NCBI GenBank assembly: GCA_934644965.1
Contig: CAKUDG010000001.1
Span: 32,500-96,499, forward strand
Length of the DNA: 64,000 nt
Direction of reading: 5' to 3'
From: an uncultured Victivallales bacterium
Lineage (GTDB): Bacteria > Verrucomicrobiota > Lentisphaeria > Victivallales > UBA1829
The translations under genes were made by a program, and so were the position numbers. The notes beneath the pieces were generated by a model. That model ran no database searches, was not told the origin of the DNA, and saw only the letters and a list, made by a program, of their open reading frames with translations. Shown piece after piece: positions 48,674 through 57,618 of the stretch (its first letter is position 1; each line of letters opens with the position of its first letter).

Positions 48674-49596
48674 AACGATATCTGATTCTGGTCAATCCCT
48701 CCTCCGGCGGGGGCAGGTCTCTGAGTCTGTGGGCGCGTTTTGCCCGGAGGCTTCCGAATTCGGAAAGCGTGATTCTGCACAGCATTGAGGAAGCCTCCGA
48801 ACGAGCGGAGGAGGCCGCGGAAAAGGGAACGGCGGACGCCGTCATCGCACTGGGGGGAGACGGAACCATCCACGCGGTCGCCAACGGTCTTCTCCGCAGT
48901 TCCCGCGGCGGCGGCAGCGACGGCGACGGAGCTTCCCTCCTTCCCCTCGGAGTCCTCTACGGCGGCACCAGTCCTGATTTCTGCCGCTTTCACGGAATTC
49001 CGCTGGATCCCGAAGCCGCGCTGGAAGTCATTCTTGCAGGGCATGCGGAAAGGGTTGAAGTTCTTCAGATTGAGCACAACGGGAAGATCCGGCGCGTTCT
49101 CTGCTCCTGCAATTTCGGGATGGGCGCGGATGTGGCGCAGCAGGCCAATACCCTGCGCCGTTTCTGCGGGGACCGGACGGGAACACTGCTCGCATTGATC
49201 CGGAATCTTCTGAAAAGTCCGGAATACGATTATATGCTCAACGGCCGTCCTCTGAAACACTGCAACCACCTGCTCATCACACGGATGCCGTACATCGCAG
49301 GAGGTCTGAAAATTGCGCTTCCGCCGCTGAAGGAAGAGGAATATCTGCTCTGGCATCTGCGGAATCATTCCTTTCTGAACTGGCTGGGACTTCTGGGGAA
49401 ATTCTACCGTGGAGCCCCCTGCGGAGAAAGTGCGGTCTGTTCGGGGATGCTGGAAATCGACACCCTCCCCCCCGGAGCTGACGGAGGAAAAATCGAATAT
49501 GACGGAGATCCCCGGGGAACACTCCCCGCAAGGATCTCTCCCTCGGAACGGAAACTTCTTCTTCTCAAACCAGGAACAAATGAGAGGCAGTCATGA
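48670..49596 (+). CDS. Diacylglycerol-kinase-fold lipid kinase (DAGK_cat / YegS-BmrU-like)
   Basis: 'YLILVNPSSGGGRS' and 'IALGGDGTIHAVANGL'. An ATGA overlap links it to the upstream gene. Confidence 0.8.
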   Translation: MKRYLILVNPSSGGGRSLSLWARFARRLPNSESVILHSIEEASERAEEAAEKGTADAVIALGGDGTIHAVANGLLRSSRGGGSDGDGASLLPLGVLYGGTSPDFCRFHGIPLDPEAALEVILAGHAERVEVLQIEHNGKIRRVLCSCNFGMGADVAQQANTLRRFCGDRTGTLLALIRNLLKSPEYDYMLNGRPLKHCNHLLITRMPYIAGGLKIALPPLKEEEYLLWHLRNHSFLNWLGLLGKFYRGAPCGESAVCSGMLEIDTLPPGADGGKIEYDGDPRGTLPARISPSERKLLLLKPGTNERQS

Positions 49597-50537
49597 ACGA
49601 ATCCCGGTATATCCGGCTCTTTTCCGGAATTCACGGAAGCACGCCCTATCTCGCGGACGCGGAAATCATGGCCCGTCCGGACGGATTTGCCTTGTTCTCC
49701 ATCGACAGTTTTTCCGAAGAGGAAGACTTCTTCCGGAACACTCCCCCCGGCATCATCGGGCACAACATGGCCGCCGCGGTCTGTTCCGACCTTCTGGCAT
49801 GCGGAGTCCGGCCGGAACTGCTGCTCCAGGCATGGAACATCGATGAATCACGGGGGGAGGACTACTACCGGAGGATCGCAGACGGCATTGAAGAAGTGCT
49901 GCGCCATTACAGAGCGTTCTCTCCCGGCGGCGACACGGGATCTGCAAAGCAGTGGAACTACACCGCTGCCGCAATCGCCCACAGCGCTTCCGCACCCGTG
50001 CGGCGCAGGACTTCCAGACGCGTTCCGTTCGATCTGTATCTTTCCGGCGGACTCGGGACAACGAATCTGGCAGTGTTCCTGGGCTCTCCGCTTCCGGAAA
50101 TCCCCCTGCGCGAGCCCGTGCCTCCGGACGCGCTCTTCGGAACCGACACCAGCGGAGGATTTTTCGATGCTCTGGAGAACTTCCGCCGTGTCAACCGCGG
50201 GATGAGACTCTGCATCGATCTGGAGCGGGTTCTTGCCCCGGAACTCCGCACGCAGTGCCCTCCGGGAATTTCCAGTGCGTATTTCACACTGATCGGAGGC
50301 GCGGGCGAATATGAACTGCTCTTCGCTGTCGAACAGGGGACGGAACTTCCCGGAATGATCCACATCGGGGAAGGCGATTTCAGAAAGGACGATGATCCTC
50401 GGAACGAGATCACCTTTCTGGAAGGGGGAAGCCCTCTTGGAAGCATGAAAACCCCTCCGCCGGATTACCGGGACATTCCCCCGGAACGATATCTGCAGGA
50501 AACCGGAAACTATTTCAAGGAGGTGCTGGAAGAATGA
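49593..50537 (+). CDS. AIR-synthase-related (PurM/ThiL/HypE-fold) ATP-utilising protein
   Basis: 'FSIDSFSEEEDFF...IGHNMAAAVCSDLLACGVRPELLL' fits the PurM-like N-domain pattern. There are ATGA overlaps at both ends. Confidence 0.65.
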   Translation: MNESRYIRLFSGIHGSTPYLADAEIMARPDGFALFSIDSFSEEEDFFRNTPPGIIGHNMAAAVCSDLLACGVRPELLLQAWNIDESRGEDYYRRIADGIEEVLRHYRAFSPGGDTGSAKQWNYTAAAIAHSASAPVRRRTSRRVPFDLYLSGGLGTTNLAVFLGSPLPEIPLREPVPPDALFGTDTSGGFFDALENFRRVNRGMRLCIDLERVLAPELRTQCPPGISSAYFTLIGGAGEYELLFAVEQGTELPGMIHIGEGDFRKDDDPRNEITFLEGGSPLGSMKTPPPDYRDIPPERYLQETGNYFKEVLEE

Positions 50538-51850
50538 CGAAATCCCTGTTTGAAAAATGTTTTGCATACGGTTCAGGAGGCATCGAAGAAAAGGCGGAAC
50601 TTCTGGAGAAGGAGCTCAAACGGAATCCGCCGTCGTACTACGAAGGGCTGCAGATGGTGCTGCTGGAAGGAGTGAAACCGGTCACGAAAGTCCGCACGCC
50701 CTCCGGAGAAGTCCGGGACATGCTGATGTTCGGGAGCAATTCCTTTCTGAATCTGAATCATCATCCCCGGGTGCTCGAAGCAGGACGCCGCGCCGCGGAA
50801 CGCTTCGGCTCCGGAAACGGATCGCCCCCGCTCTATGCCGGACAGACCGTGATCCATGAAGAACTGGAGGAGGAACTGGCCCGTTTCTGCGGGACGGAAG
50901 CGGCAGTCCTCTTTCCGGCGGGATACAGCGGGAATCTGGGCGTGCTTTCCGGACTCTGCCGGAGCGGAGACACCATCTGCTGCGACGCTGACAACCATGC
51001 CTCGCTTTTCGACGGAGTCCGTCTTTCGGGCGCCACTTTTCTTCCGTACCCCCATTTGAAGCCTCGCCGTCTGGAACAACGTCTGCTGCAGAGGGAGGCA
51101 TCCGACCACAGCCCGTCATCAGGCGGCCCCTCCCCCCTCTCCGGACACGGGGAGAAAACGGAAACGGGAAAAAATTCCGGCGGACTCCTGATCGTTTCGG
51201 ACGGAGTGTTTTCCATGGAAGGCAGTCTTGCTCCCGTGGATGAACTGGTCCGCCTGAAAGAACGCTTCGGAGCCTTCCTGATGATCGACGACGCACACGG
51301 ATTCTGGGCCGTCGGCCCCGACGGCGCCGGCACGGCCGCCTGTTTCGGACTCCGGGACAAAGTTGACCTGCACTACGGCACCTTCAGCAAAGCGCTGGGC
51401 CAGACGGGAGGATTCGCGGCAGGGAAAAAATCCGTCATCAACTATCTGCGCTATTATGCCAGAAGCTGTTTTTTTTCGAGCGGGATTGCGGCAGTTTCCG
51501 CGGCGGAGATTCTCGAATCCGTCAGAATCGTCCGGGAGGAGCCGGAACATCTGGAAAGGCTCCGCCGCAACCGGGACTTCTTCCAGAAGGAGCTCGAAGA
51601 CGCCGGATTCAACACCCTGAACAGCCGTTCGGCAATTCTGCCGCTTCTGGTCGGGGACGAGGAAAAACTCGGGCTGTTCCAGAAAGATCTCTTCCGCGCG
51701 GGGATCTTCTCCAATATCGGGACAACGCCCGCGGTGAGTGCGAGAAAGTGCCGTCTCCGGCTGAATGTCATGGCCACTCATTCGCGGGAACAGCTTGCGC
51801 GCGCGGCGGAAATTCTTCTCGAAATCGGGAAGAAATATGAAATAGTGTGA
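50534..51850 (+). CDS. Alpha-oxoamine synthase family PLP enzyme (Spt/BioF/Kbl/CqsA-like)
   Basis: 'FGSNSFLNLNHHPRV', 'AGYSGNLGVLSGL', 'DDAHGF' and the PLP-lysine context 'GTFSKALG'. It carries a roughly 35-aa Ser/Gly/Pro-rich insertion. Confidence 0.85.
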   Translation: MTKSLFEKCFAYGSGGIEEKAELLEKELKRNPPSYYEGLQMVLLEGVKPVTKVRTPSGEVRDMLMFGSNSFLNLNHHPRVLEAGRRAAERFGSGNGSPPLYAGQTVIHEELEEELARFCGTEAAVLFPAGYSGNLGVLSGLCRSGDTICCDADNHASLFDGVRLSGATFLPYPHLKPRRLEQRLLQREASDHSPSSGGPSPLSGHGEKTETGKNSGGLLIVSDGVFSMEGSLAPVDELVRLKERFGAFLMIDDAHGFWAVGPDGAGTAACFGLRDKVDLHYGTFSKALGQTGGFAAGKKSVINYLRYYARSCFFSSGIAAVSAAEILESVRIVREEPEHLERLRRNRDFFQKELEDAGFNTLNSRSAILPLLVGDEEKLGLFQKDLFRAGIFSNIGTTPAVSARKCRLRLNVMATHSREQLARAAEILLEIGKKYEIV

Positions 51851-51985
51851 TCAGGGGAGAGCAGATCAGAGAAATTTTGTGATTTTTTGATTCTGCCATT
51901 AGAGCATTTTGTCGTCCGCTCCTGCTTCCGGCACGGGCACAGAGAGTTCATCCACAGCACACATCTTCATTTTCATTCTGGAGAA

Positions 51986-52011
51986 GGAAAAAGAGAAAGG
52001 AAAAAGAGAAA
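51986..52011. repeat. Purine-rich 13-bp tandem duplication (GGAAAAAGAGAAA x2) immediately upstream of the SDR RBS
   Basis: Read directly from the sequence. It is followed by GGAG and the ATG at 52025. Confidence 0.8.
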
Positions 52012-52024
52012 GGAGTTCCTTGCC

Positions 52025-52993
52025 ATGAATCGGGTTCTCATTACCGGAGCGGGGGGCTATATCGGATCCAACGCGGCTCTGTATTTTCTGCAAAAAGGCT
52101 GCCGCGTCACGGGAATGATTCACCGGGAAGCGGCGCCGCGGCGTCTGGAAGGCACCGGGATCGAACTGGAAAAGGCGGAATTGTGCGATCCAGGCTCGCT
52201 GGAACGGCTCTTTGATCACAGGACCTACGACTTTGTGATCCATATTGCCGCCCGCGCCGGCGACACGGGAAGGGACGAAGTGTTCCGGAAAGTGAATTAT
52301 GAAGCCGTCCGGCAGCTTGCACTCCTGAGCATGAAACACCATGTGAAACGCTTCGTCTACCTTTCCACTTCAGACGTCTACGGGCTGCACGACTTCCATG
52401 GGGAAGGCGAGGACGATCTTCCCCTGGACCATTCCGCCCGTCATCCATACCCGAAATACAAAATTCTTTCCGAGGAATGGCTTCGCGCGAATCTTCCGCA
52501 GGAACGTTTCTCCTGCGTTCGTCCCTGCGTGGTCTGGGGGAACGGGGACAGCACCATCACTCCGAGAGCAATCGCCTTTCTGAAACGTTCCCCCTTCGTC
52601 TTTCACTTCGGGACCTGGAAAGGGGAGAACCGCTGGCCGCTTGCGCATGTGGAAAATGTCTGCCGGACTCTTTTCGCCGCGATGATCCTGCCGGAAGCAG
52701 GCGGGAGGGGCGTCACCGTTCTCGACAGCAGGCGGACCTCGCTCCGGGAGTTCTACCATGCAGTCGCGGAGAAATATCTGCCGGGGAAAACGCTCCGGGA
52801 AATTTCTCTTCCGCTCTGGAGCATTCTTCCGGCGGCATGGTTTTCCAGCACATTCTCCGGGGACAAGGCGCTCTTCGATCCCACGCTCTACTCTCTTGCC
52901 ACCATCACGCATCATCTGGATTTCAGCAACGCCCGGATGCTCGAATGGCTGAGAAAGGCGGGAACGGAAGAAGAAAAAGACGGCACTTTCTGA
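52025..52993 (+). CDS. NAD-dependent epimerase/dehydratase-family (extended SDR) protein
   Basis: 'VLITGAGGYIGSN' Rossmann motif and 'YPKYK' (YxxxK). Confidence 0.8.
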   Translation: MNRVLITGAGGYIGSNAALYFLQKGCRVTGMIHREAAPRRLEGTGIELEKAELCDPGSLERLFDHRTYDFVIHIAARAGDTGRDEVFRKVNYEAVRQLALLSMKHHVKRFVYLSTSDVYGLHDFHGEGEDDLPLDHSARHPYPKYKILSEEWLRANLPQERFSCVRPCVVWGNGDSTITPRAIAFLKRSPFVFHFGTWKGENRWPLAHVENVCRTLFAAMILPEAGGRGVTVLDSRRTSLREFYHAVAEKYLPGKTLREISLPLWSILPAAWFSSTFSGDKALFDPTLYSLATITHHLDFSNARMLEWLRKAGTEEEKDGTF

Positions 52994-53067
52994 ACAACAG
53001 GCGCAGTCTCCGGAAATTTCCGGAATTTTCCGGGAGAATGTTCAAGAGTCAGGAGAAACGCTTCTTT

Positions 53068-56000
53068 TTACAGAGCAGCGGTCTTCTTCCGGATCCGGGA
53101 ATCGAAGAGTTCGCGGATCTTTCTCAGAGTGCGGAACAGCAGATGACGCCGGGGCTTCGCCGTGTCATGCACGAAAATGAAATAGAGCGCCGGAATCACA
53201 TACAAAGTCAGGAACGAGGCGATCGTGAGTCCGCCGACGACGCCCATCCCGCAGCTGGAACGCAGTTCCGACCCCAGACCCGTCCCGAGCGCCATGGGAA
53301 GCATCCCCGCGACAGACGCGATACTCGTCATCACAATCGGGCGGAATTTGGACTGAGTCGCCATCAGCATGGCCTTGTGAGTCGTCACGCCGGACTTCAC
53401 AAGCGTGGCGCATTCATCCATGATCAGAATGGCGTTGTTCACCACGATACCGATCATCATCACACCGCCGAGCAGGCCCATCATGGACATGGACATGCCC
53501 GTTGCCCAGAGCGTCACATACATCCCGAGGAAGCCGAGCGGCACCGTGAACATGATCAGGAAAGGACGCGTCCAGGATTCCATGATGGCGGCGATCAGCA
53601 GATACGTCAGGACCGTGGCGAGCAGAATCACCTGCAGAAATTCCGTTGCGGTCTCGTTCATGAGTTCCACGTTTCCGCTCATGCGGACACCATATCCGGG
53701 AGGGAGGGCCTCCTGAGCCATTTTCCCGATCTGTTCGGAAACGGGGCCGAGAGCCATTCCGGGGGCGGTGTTGGCATAGAGCCACATGGTCCGGACCTTG
53801 TCATAACGGTTGACGACAACCGGACGGGTGTCCTCGGTAATTTCGGCAAGGGCTTCGGCGCCGAGGGGATTGTTGTCCTTGACGGCGGGAGAGGCCTGGC
53901 GGAGCTGTTCTTCACCATATTCCTTCTGGTTTTTGACGCGGATGTCGAAGGTGCGGGCTCCGGAGCGGTAGTCACCGACTTCAATGCCGTCGAGAGCCCC
54001 CAGAAGATATTCGTAGAGCTCGTTTGCCGACATGTCGAGATTCTGCAGCACGGTTCTGCGTGGCGTGATGTTGATATTCGGTTTCCGTTCGCGCCGGCTG
54101 GAGTCAAGGTCCCGCGTGATTCCGAGTGCGGGAAGGTTTTCCATCACCTTCATTTCGGCCTGTTCCAGGACTTCCAGATCGGTGCCGTTCATGACGCAGC
54201 GGATTTCCGCGCCGCTGCCGCCGAAGGTGGCGGGAATGGAAAGGGTGACGCGGCAGTTGTCCAGATAGGAGAGTTCGTCACGGAGCATGGCCTGAAGGGC
54301 GTAGATGGATTCCTCGCGTTCAAATTTGTCGGTGGTGCGCAGATTGATCTGGCCGATGTAGACGGCGGAGCTGACCTGTCCGCTCCCCCCGTCGGAATCG
54401 CCGACGGAAATGGACATCCCGCGGATGAAATCGAATTTTTTCAGATGATCCGCCGCTTCCAGAATCAGTTTGTTGGTAGTCTCAAGATTATAATTGGTCG
54501 GGAACTCGAATTTGATGCGGATTTCCCCCTGGTCGCAGAAGGGAAGGAAGGAGAGTCCGACCTGGGGCACAATCCAGAGGACGGTCCCGAGAGAAAGCAG
54601 AATCACCGCAAGCATCAGGGACTTCGGATGGCGTGAAGTCCATTCGATGCTTCTGTCGAATTTTCGGCAGAGCCAGTCGTATCCGGTGTCCCAGGGCAGG
54701 AAGAGGCGCTGGAGGAAGGATTTCTCCTGAAGTCCGGAATGACTTTTCTTCTTCAGGAGCACGCACGCCAGAATCGGAGTCAGAGTGAAGCTGATGAAAA
54801 GCGACACCAGGGTTGCGCCGACCATCACGCCTGCGAAAGGCACCATCATCTGCCCGATGCGGCTGTTCATCATCATGACGGGGACAAAAACCACCACATT
54901 GGTCAGAGCGCTGGCCGAAACGGCCGCGATGACTTCCCCCGTCCCGTGCTCCGCGGCATTCCGGATGGATTCGCCCCGGTCCAGATGCTTGAAGATGTTT
55001 TCGATCACCACGATGGAGTTCGTCACCAGCACGCCCACGGAACAGCCCAGGGAAAGAAGGGTCATGATGTTGAAGGAATACTGGAAATACTCCATGACCG
55101 CGAAGGTCACGATCACCGAAATCGGCATCGAAATCATCACGATGAAAGTGGAACGCGGTTCATGCAGGAAGAGGAAGAGCAGCACGGCGGTCAGAATGAT
55201 TCCGGTGATGATGCTGCTCCAGGCGTCGTCGACGGAGGCCTGAATGAATGCGCCCGAATCGGTGAACCAGACGAGTTTCATCCCGGTGGGCAGTTCGCCG
55301 TTCCGGACCATGGCGTCGAAACGCTCTCGAATGCCGCGGATGACTTCAATGGCGTTGGCTTCGCCTTTCTTGACAATGCGGAAACGGGCGGCGGGTTCAC
55401 CGTTCACATAGGCTTTGCTGCGGACTTCGCGGCTCATGAACTTGACTTCCGCAACGTCCCGCAGATAGATGCGCTTGCCTTTGAATTTGCCGACTTCGAG
55501 GGAGCGGATCTGTTCAAAATCCTTGAAGTCGCCGTCGAAGGTGACGTTCTTTTCCATCCGGTCGAACTGAATTCTGCCGAGAGGCTCGCGGATGTTGTTT
55601 TCCCGGAGCTTGTTCACGACGTCGTTGATGGAAAGGTTCATGGCGGTCAGCTTTGCGCGGTCGAGGAGCACATGGATCTGCATTTCGTTGGCGCCGTAGA
55701 CGCGGACTTCACCGACTCCGGGAACGGAGGAGAAACGGTCCGCAATCACATCATCGGCGTAGTCGTAAAGATCGTCCTGTGTGCGGTCGCCGACGAGAAA
55801 GGCCTGGACGACTGTGGTGGCGTTGGTGTCGATTTTCCGGATTGTCGGCTCATCGGCACCGTCGGGGAGATTCTCCCGGATGCGGTTCAGGGCCTCCCGG
55901 ATGTCGGTCGCGGCGACATCCACATCAATGCCCATATTGAATTCCAGCTGAATCCGGGCCTCGTCCTCGATGGAAACGCTGGTGATGTGTTTGATTCCGT

Positions 56001-56223
56001 CGAGAGAGGAAACCGCGTCTTCGATTCTCTTGGCGATTTCCACTTCAATTTCCATCGGGCTGGCGCCCTGATATTCGCAGCGGACCAGCACCACGGGCAC
56101 TTCCATGTTCGGGAGAAGGTCGATGCTGATTTCCGGATAGGAATTCACTCCGATCATGACCAGAATGATAATCAGCGCCGTCATCGCGATCGGACGCTGG
56201 ACAGACCATTTGCTTAAAAACAT
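53068..56223 (-). CDS. RND efflux transporter permease (AcrB/HAE1-like)
   Basis: 1051 aa and 12 TM segments with two large periplasmic loops. The start 'MFLSKWSVQRPIAMTALIIILV' is typical. Confidence 0.9.
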   Translation of the reverse strand: MFLSKWSVQRPIAMTALIIILVMIGVNSYPEISIDLLPNMEVPVVLVRCEYQGASPMEIEVEIAKRIEDAVSSLDGIKHITSVSIEDEARIQLEFNMGIDVDVAATDIREALNRIRENLPDGADEPTIRKIDTNATTVVQAFLVGDRTQDDLYDYADDVIADRFSSVPGVGEVRVYGANEMQIHVLLDRAKLTAMNLSINDVVNKLRENNIREPLGRIQFDRMEKNVTFDGDFKDFEQIRSLEVGKFKGKRIYLRDVAEVKFMSREVRSKAYVNGEPAARFRIVKKGEANAIEVIRGIRERFDAMVRNGELPTGMKLVWFTDSGAFIQASVDDAWSSIITGIILTAVLLFLFLHEPRSTFIVMISMPISVIVTFAVMEYFQYSFNIMTLLSLGCSVGVLVTNSIVVIENIFKHLDRGESIRNAAEHGTGEVIAAVSASALTNVVVFVPVMMMNSRIGQMMVPFAGVMVGATLVSLFISFTLTPILACVLLKKKSHSGLQEKSFLQRLFLPWDTGYDWLCRKFDRSIEWTSRHPKSLMLAVILLSLGTVLWIVPQVGLSFLPFCDQGEIRIKFEFPTNYNLETTNKLILEAADHLKKFDFIRGMSISVGDSDGGSGQVSSAVYIGQINLRTTDKFEREESIYALQAMLRDELSYLDNCRVTLSIPATFGGSGAEIRCVMNGTDLEVLEQAEMKVMENLPALGITRDLDSSRRERKPNINITPRRTVLQNLDMSANELYEYLLGALDGIEVGDYRSGARTFDIRVKNQKEYGEEQLRQASPAVKDNNPLGAEALAEITEDTRPVVVNRYDKVRTMWLYANTAPGMALGPVSEQIGKMAQEALPPGYGVRMSGNVELMNETATEFLQVILLATVLTYLLIAAIMESWTRPFLIMFTVPLGFLGMYVTLWATGMSMSMMGLLGGVMMIGIVVNNAILIMDECATLVKSGVTTHKAMLMATQSKFRPIVMTSIASVAGMLPMALGTGLGSELRSSCGMGVVGGLTIASFLTLYVIPALYFIFVHDTAKPRRHLLFRTLRKIRELFDSRIRKKTAAL

Positions 56224-56261
56224 GCGGACTTTTCCTCCTTCATCATTACAGTTGATCGGTC

Positions 56262-57446
56262 TCAGTCTTCTTCATTGGCGATGCGGAGAAGCGAACCATT
56301 GTTGACGAAGGTCTGCCCGGTCACGACGAAACGTTCCCCGAGAAGTCCGGAAGCATTGACGACTTCACAGTATTTCCCGTCCACGATCCCGCGCACGACG
56401 TCGAAACTCTTTGCCCGGTTCCCGGAATCGACGGCATAGACGATGTAACGGTCATTGGCGCGCAGAAGCAGCGCATCGACAGGCAGCCCGTAGGCTTCCT
56501 TTTCCTCAAGGATGATGTTCATGTCGCAGAGCGTCCCGCTCACGAGACGCGTCCCCGGGGGAACCAGCGCCTTCATCTTGAATGTGCGGCTTTCCGGATC
56601 AATGCTGGGAGCCTTGTAGGTGATGACGCCCTTCCCCTTGATCTGACCGTCAAGGGAAAATTCCACCGGGGTTTTCCCCGCCTGAATCAGATCGTAGTAG
56701 ACCGAACTGATGTAACAGATCACTTCCAGATTCTTCTGATTTTCCAGTTTCAGAATGTTCTGTCCTGCGGAGACATATTCATTTTCCTCCACATATTTAT
56801 CCACCACGATGCAGTCGAACGGAGCCACGAGAACGGAATCCGCCAGATTCTTCTGCGCAATCACCAGATTCCCCTGGGCCTGCTTCAGCTGAGCCTCGGC
56901 ATTGGTGATCGCGGCCTGCGCTGCTTTGACTTCGGTCTGCGCCTTCTTATAGGCGGTCTCATAGGATTCAAAATCCGCCTGGCTGGTCACCTTGGAACGC
57001 CAGAGGCTCAGATAACGTTCATAGTCCACTCTTGCTTTCCGACCTGAGATCTCCGCATTTTCCAGAGCGATTTTTGAACTTTCCAGTTCCGCCTGCTTGA
57101 CTTTGATTTCATCTTCGCAGACCGTCACCTGATTTTTGAGGATCTGGCGGTCAATTCCGAAGAGGGTGTCCCCCTTCTTCCTCCGATCTCCCTCATCGAC
57201 TTTGAGCAGTTCCAGCGTCCCGCTGATCTTGGCGGAAATGGTGGCGTACTCCACCGGATAGACCGTCCCCTGAACGGGAATCTGTCTGCGGAAAACCCGC
57301 TTTTTAAGCGGTTCCAGCGTGACGCGGGTTTCCCGTTCCCCGACTTTCTTCGAGTCATCCTTTGAACATCCGCTCCCAGTCGTCAGCGTAAAGATCAGAA
57401 TCCCAGCCAGGACAAATGAAACATACACTCCATGGTACTTCTTCAT
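56262..57446 (-). CDS. RND efflux periplasmic adaptor (membrane fusion protein, HlyD family)
   Basis: Lipoprotein-like 'LTTGSGC' N-terminus, a coiled-coil hairpin region and beta-barrel domains. It lies directly upstream of the RND permease. Confidence 0.85.
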   Translation of the reverse strand: MKKYHGVYVSFVLAGILIFTLTTGSGCSKDDSKKVGERETRVTLEPLKKRVFRRQIPVQGTVYPVEYATISAKISGTLELLKVDEGDRRKKGDTLFGIDRQILKNQVTVCEDEIKVKQAELESSKIALENAEISGRKARVDYERYLSLWRSKVTSQADFESYETAYKKAQTEVKAAQAAITNAEAQLKQAQGNLVIAQKNLADSVLVAPFDCIVVDKYVEENEYVSAGQNILKLENQKNLEVICYISSVYYDLIQAGKTPVEFSLDGQIKGKGVITYKAPSIDPESRTFKMKALVPPGTRLVSGTLCDMNIILEEKEAYGLPVDALLLRANDRYIVYAVDSGNRAKSFDVVRGIVDGKYCEVVNASGLLGERFVVTGQTFVNNGSLLRIANEED

Positions 57447-57618
57447 GCGCTTGTCTTCCTTCTCTCTCCGGAAAAAATTCCGGAACAGTCTCTCGTATTT
57501 CCTGTATTCCATACTTTCATTGTATGGCTTGTTGGACAGCGCAAGATACCGCCGGGCCGCTCAAGTGCAACAGTCCTGACAAAATTTTGACAAAATACTG
57601 ATTTCAGTTCGACAAAGT

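Noticed and set aside
50534-51850. A simple annotation of this gene as bioF (8-amino-7-oxononanoate synthase).
   Set aside because: The family membership is clear, but the operon context (lipid kinase, SDR, prenyltransferase, rSAM) and the distance from the solitary bioB make a biotin role uncertain. I kept the family-level call only.
52477-56217. Two long + strand ORFs (719 aa and 492 aa), opposite the RND permease.
   Set aside because: The minus strand encodes an unmistakable 12-TM AcrB-like protein. The + strand translations are rich in His, Asp, Gly and Arg and have no structure or motifs.
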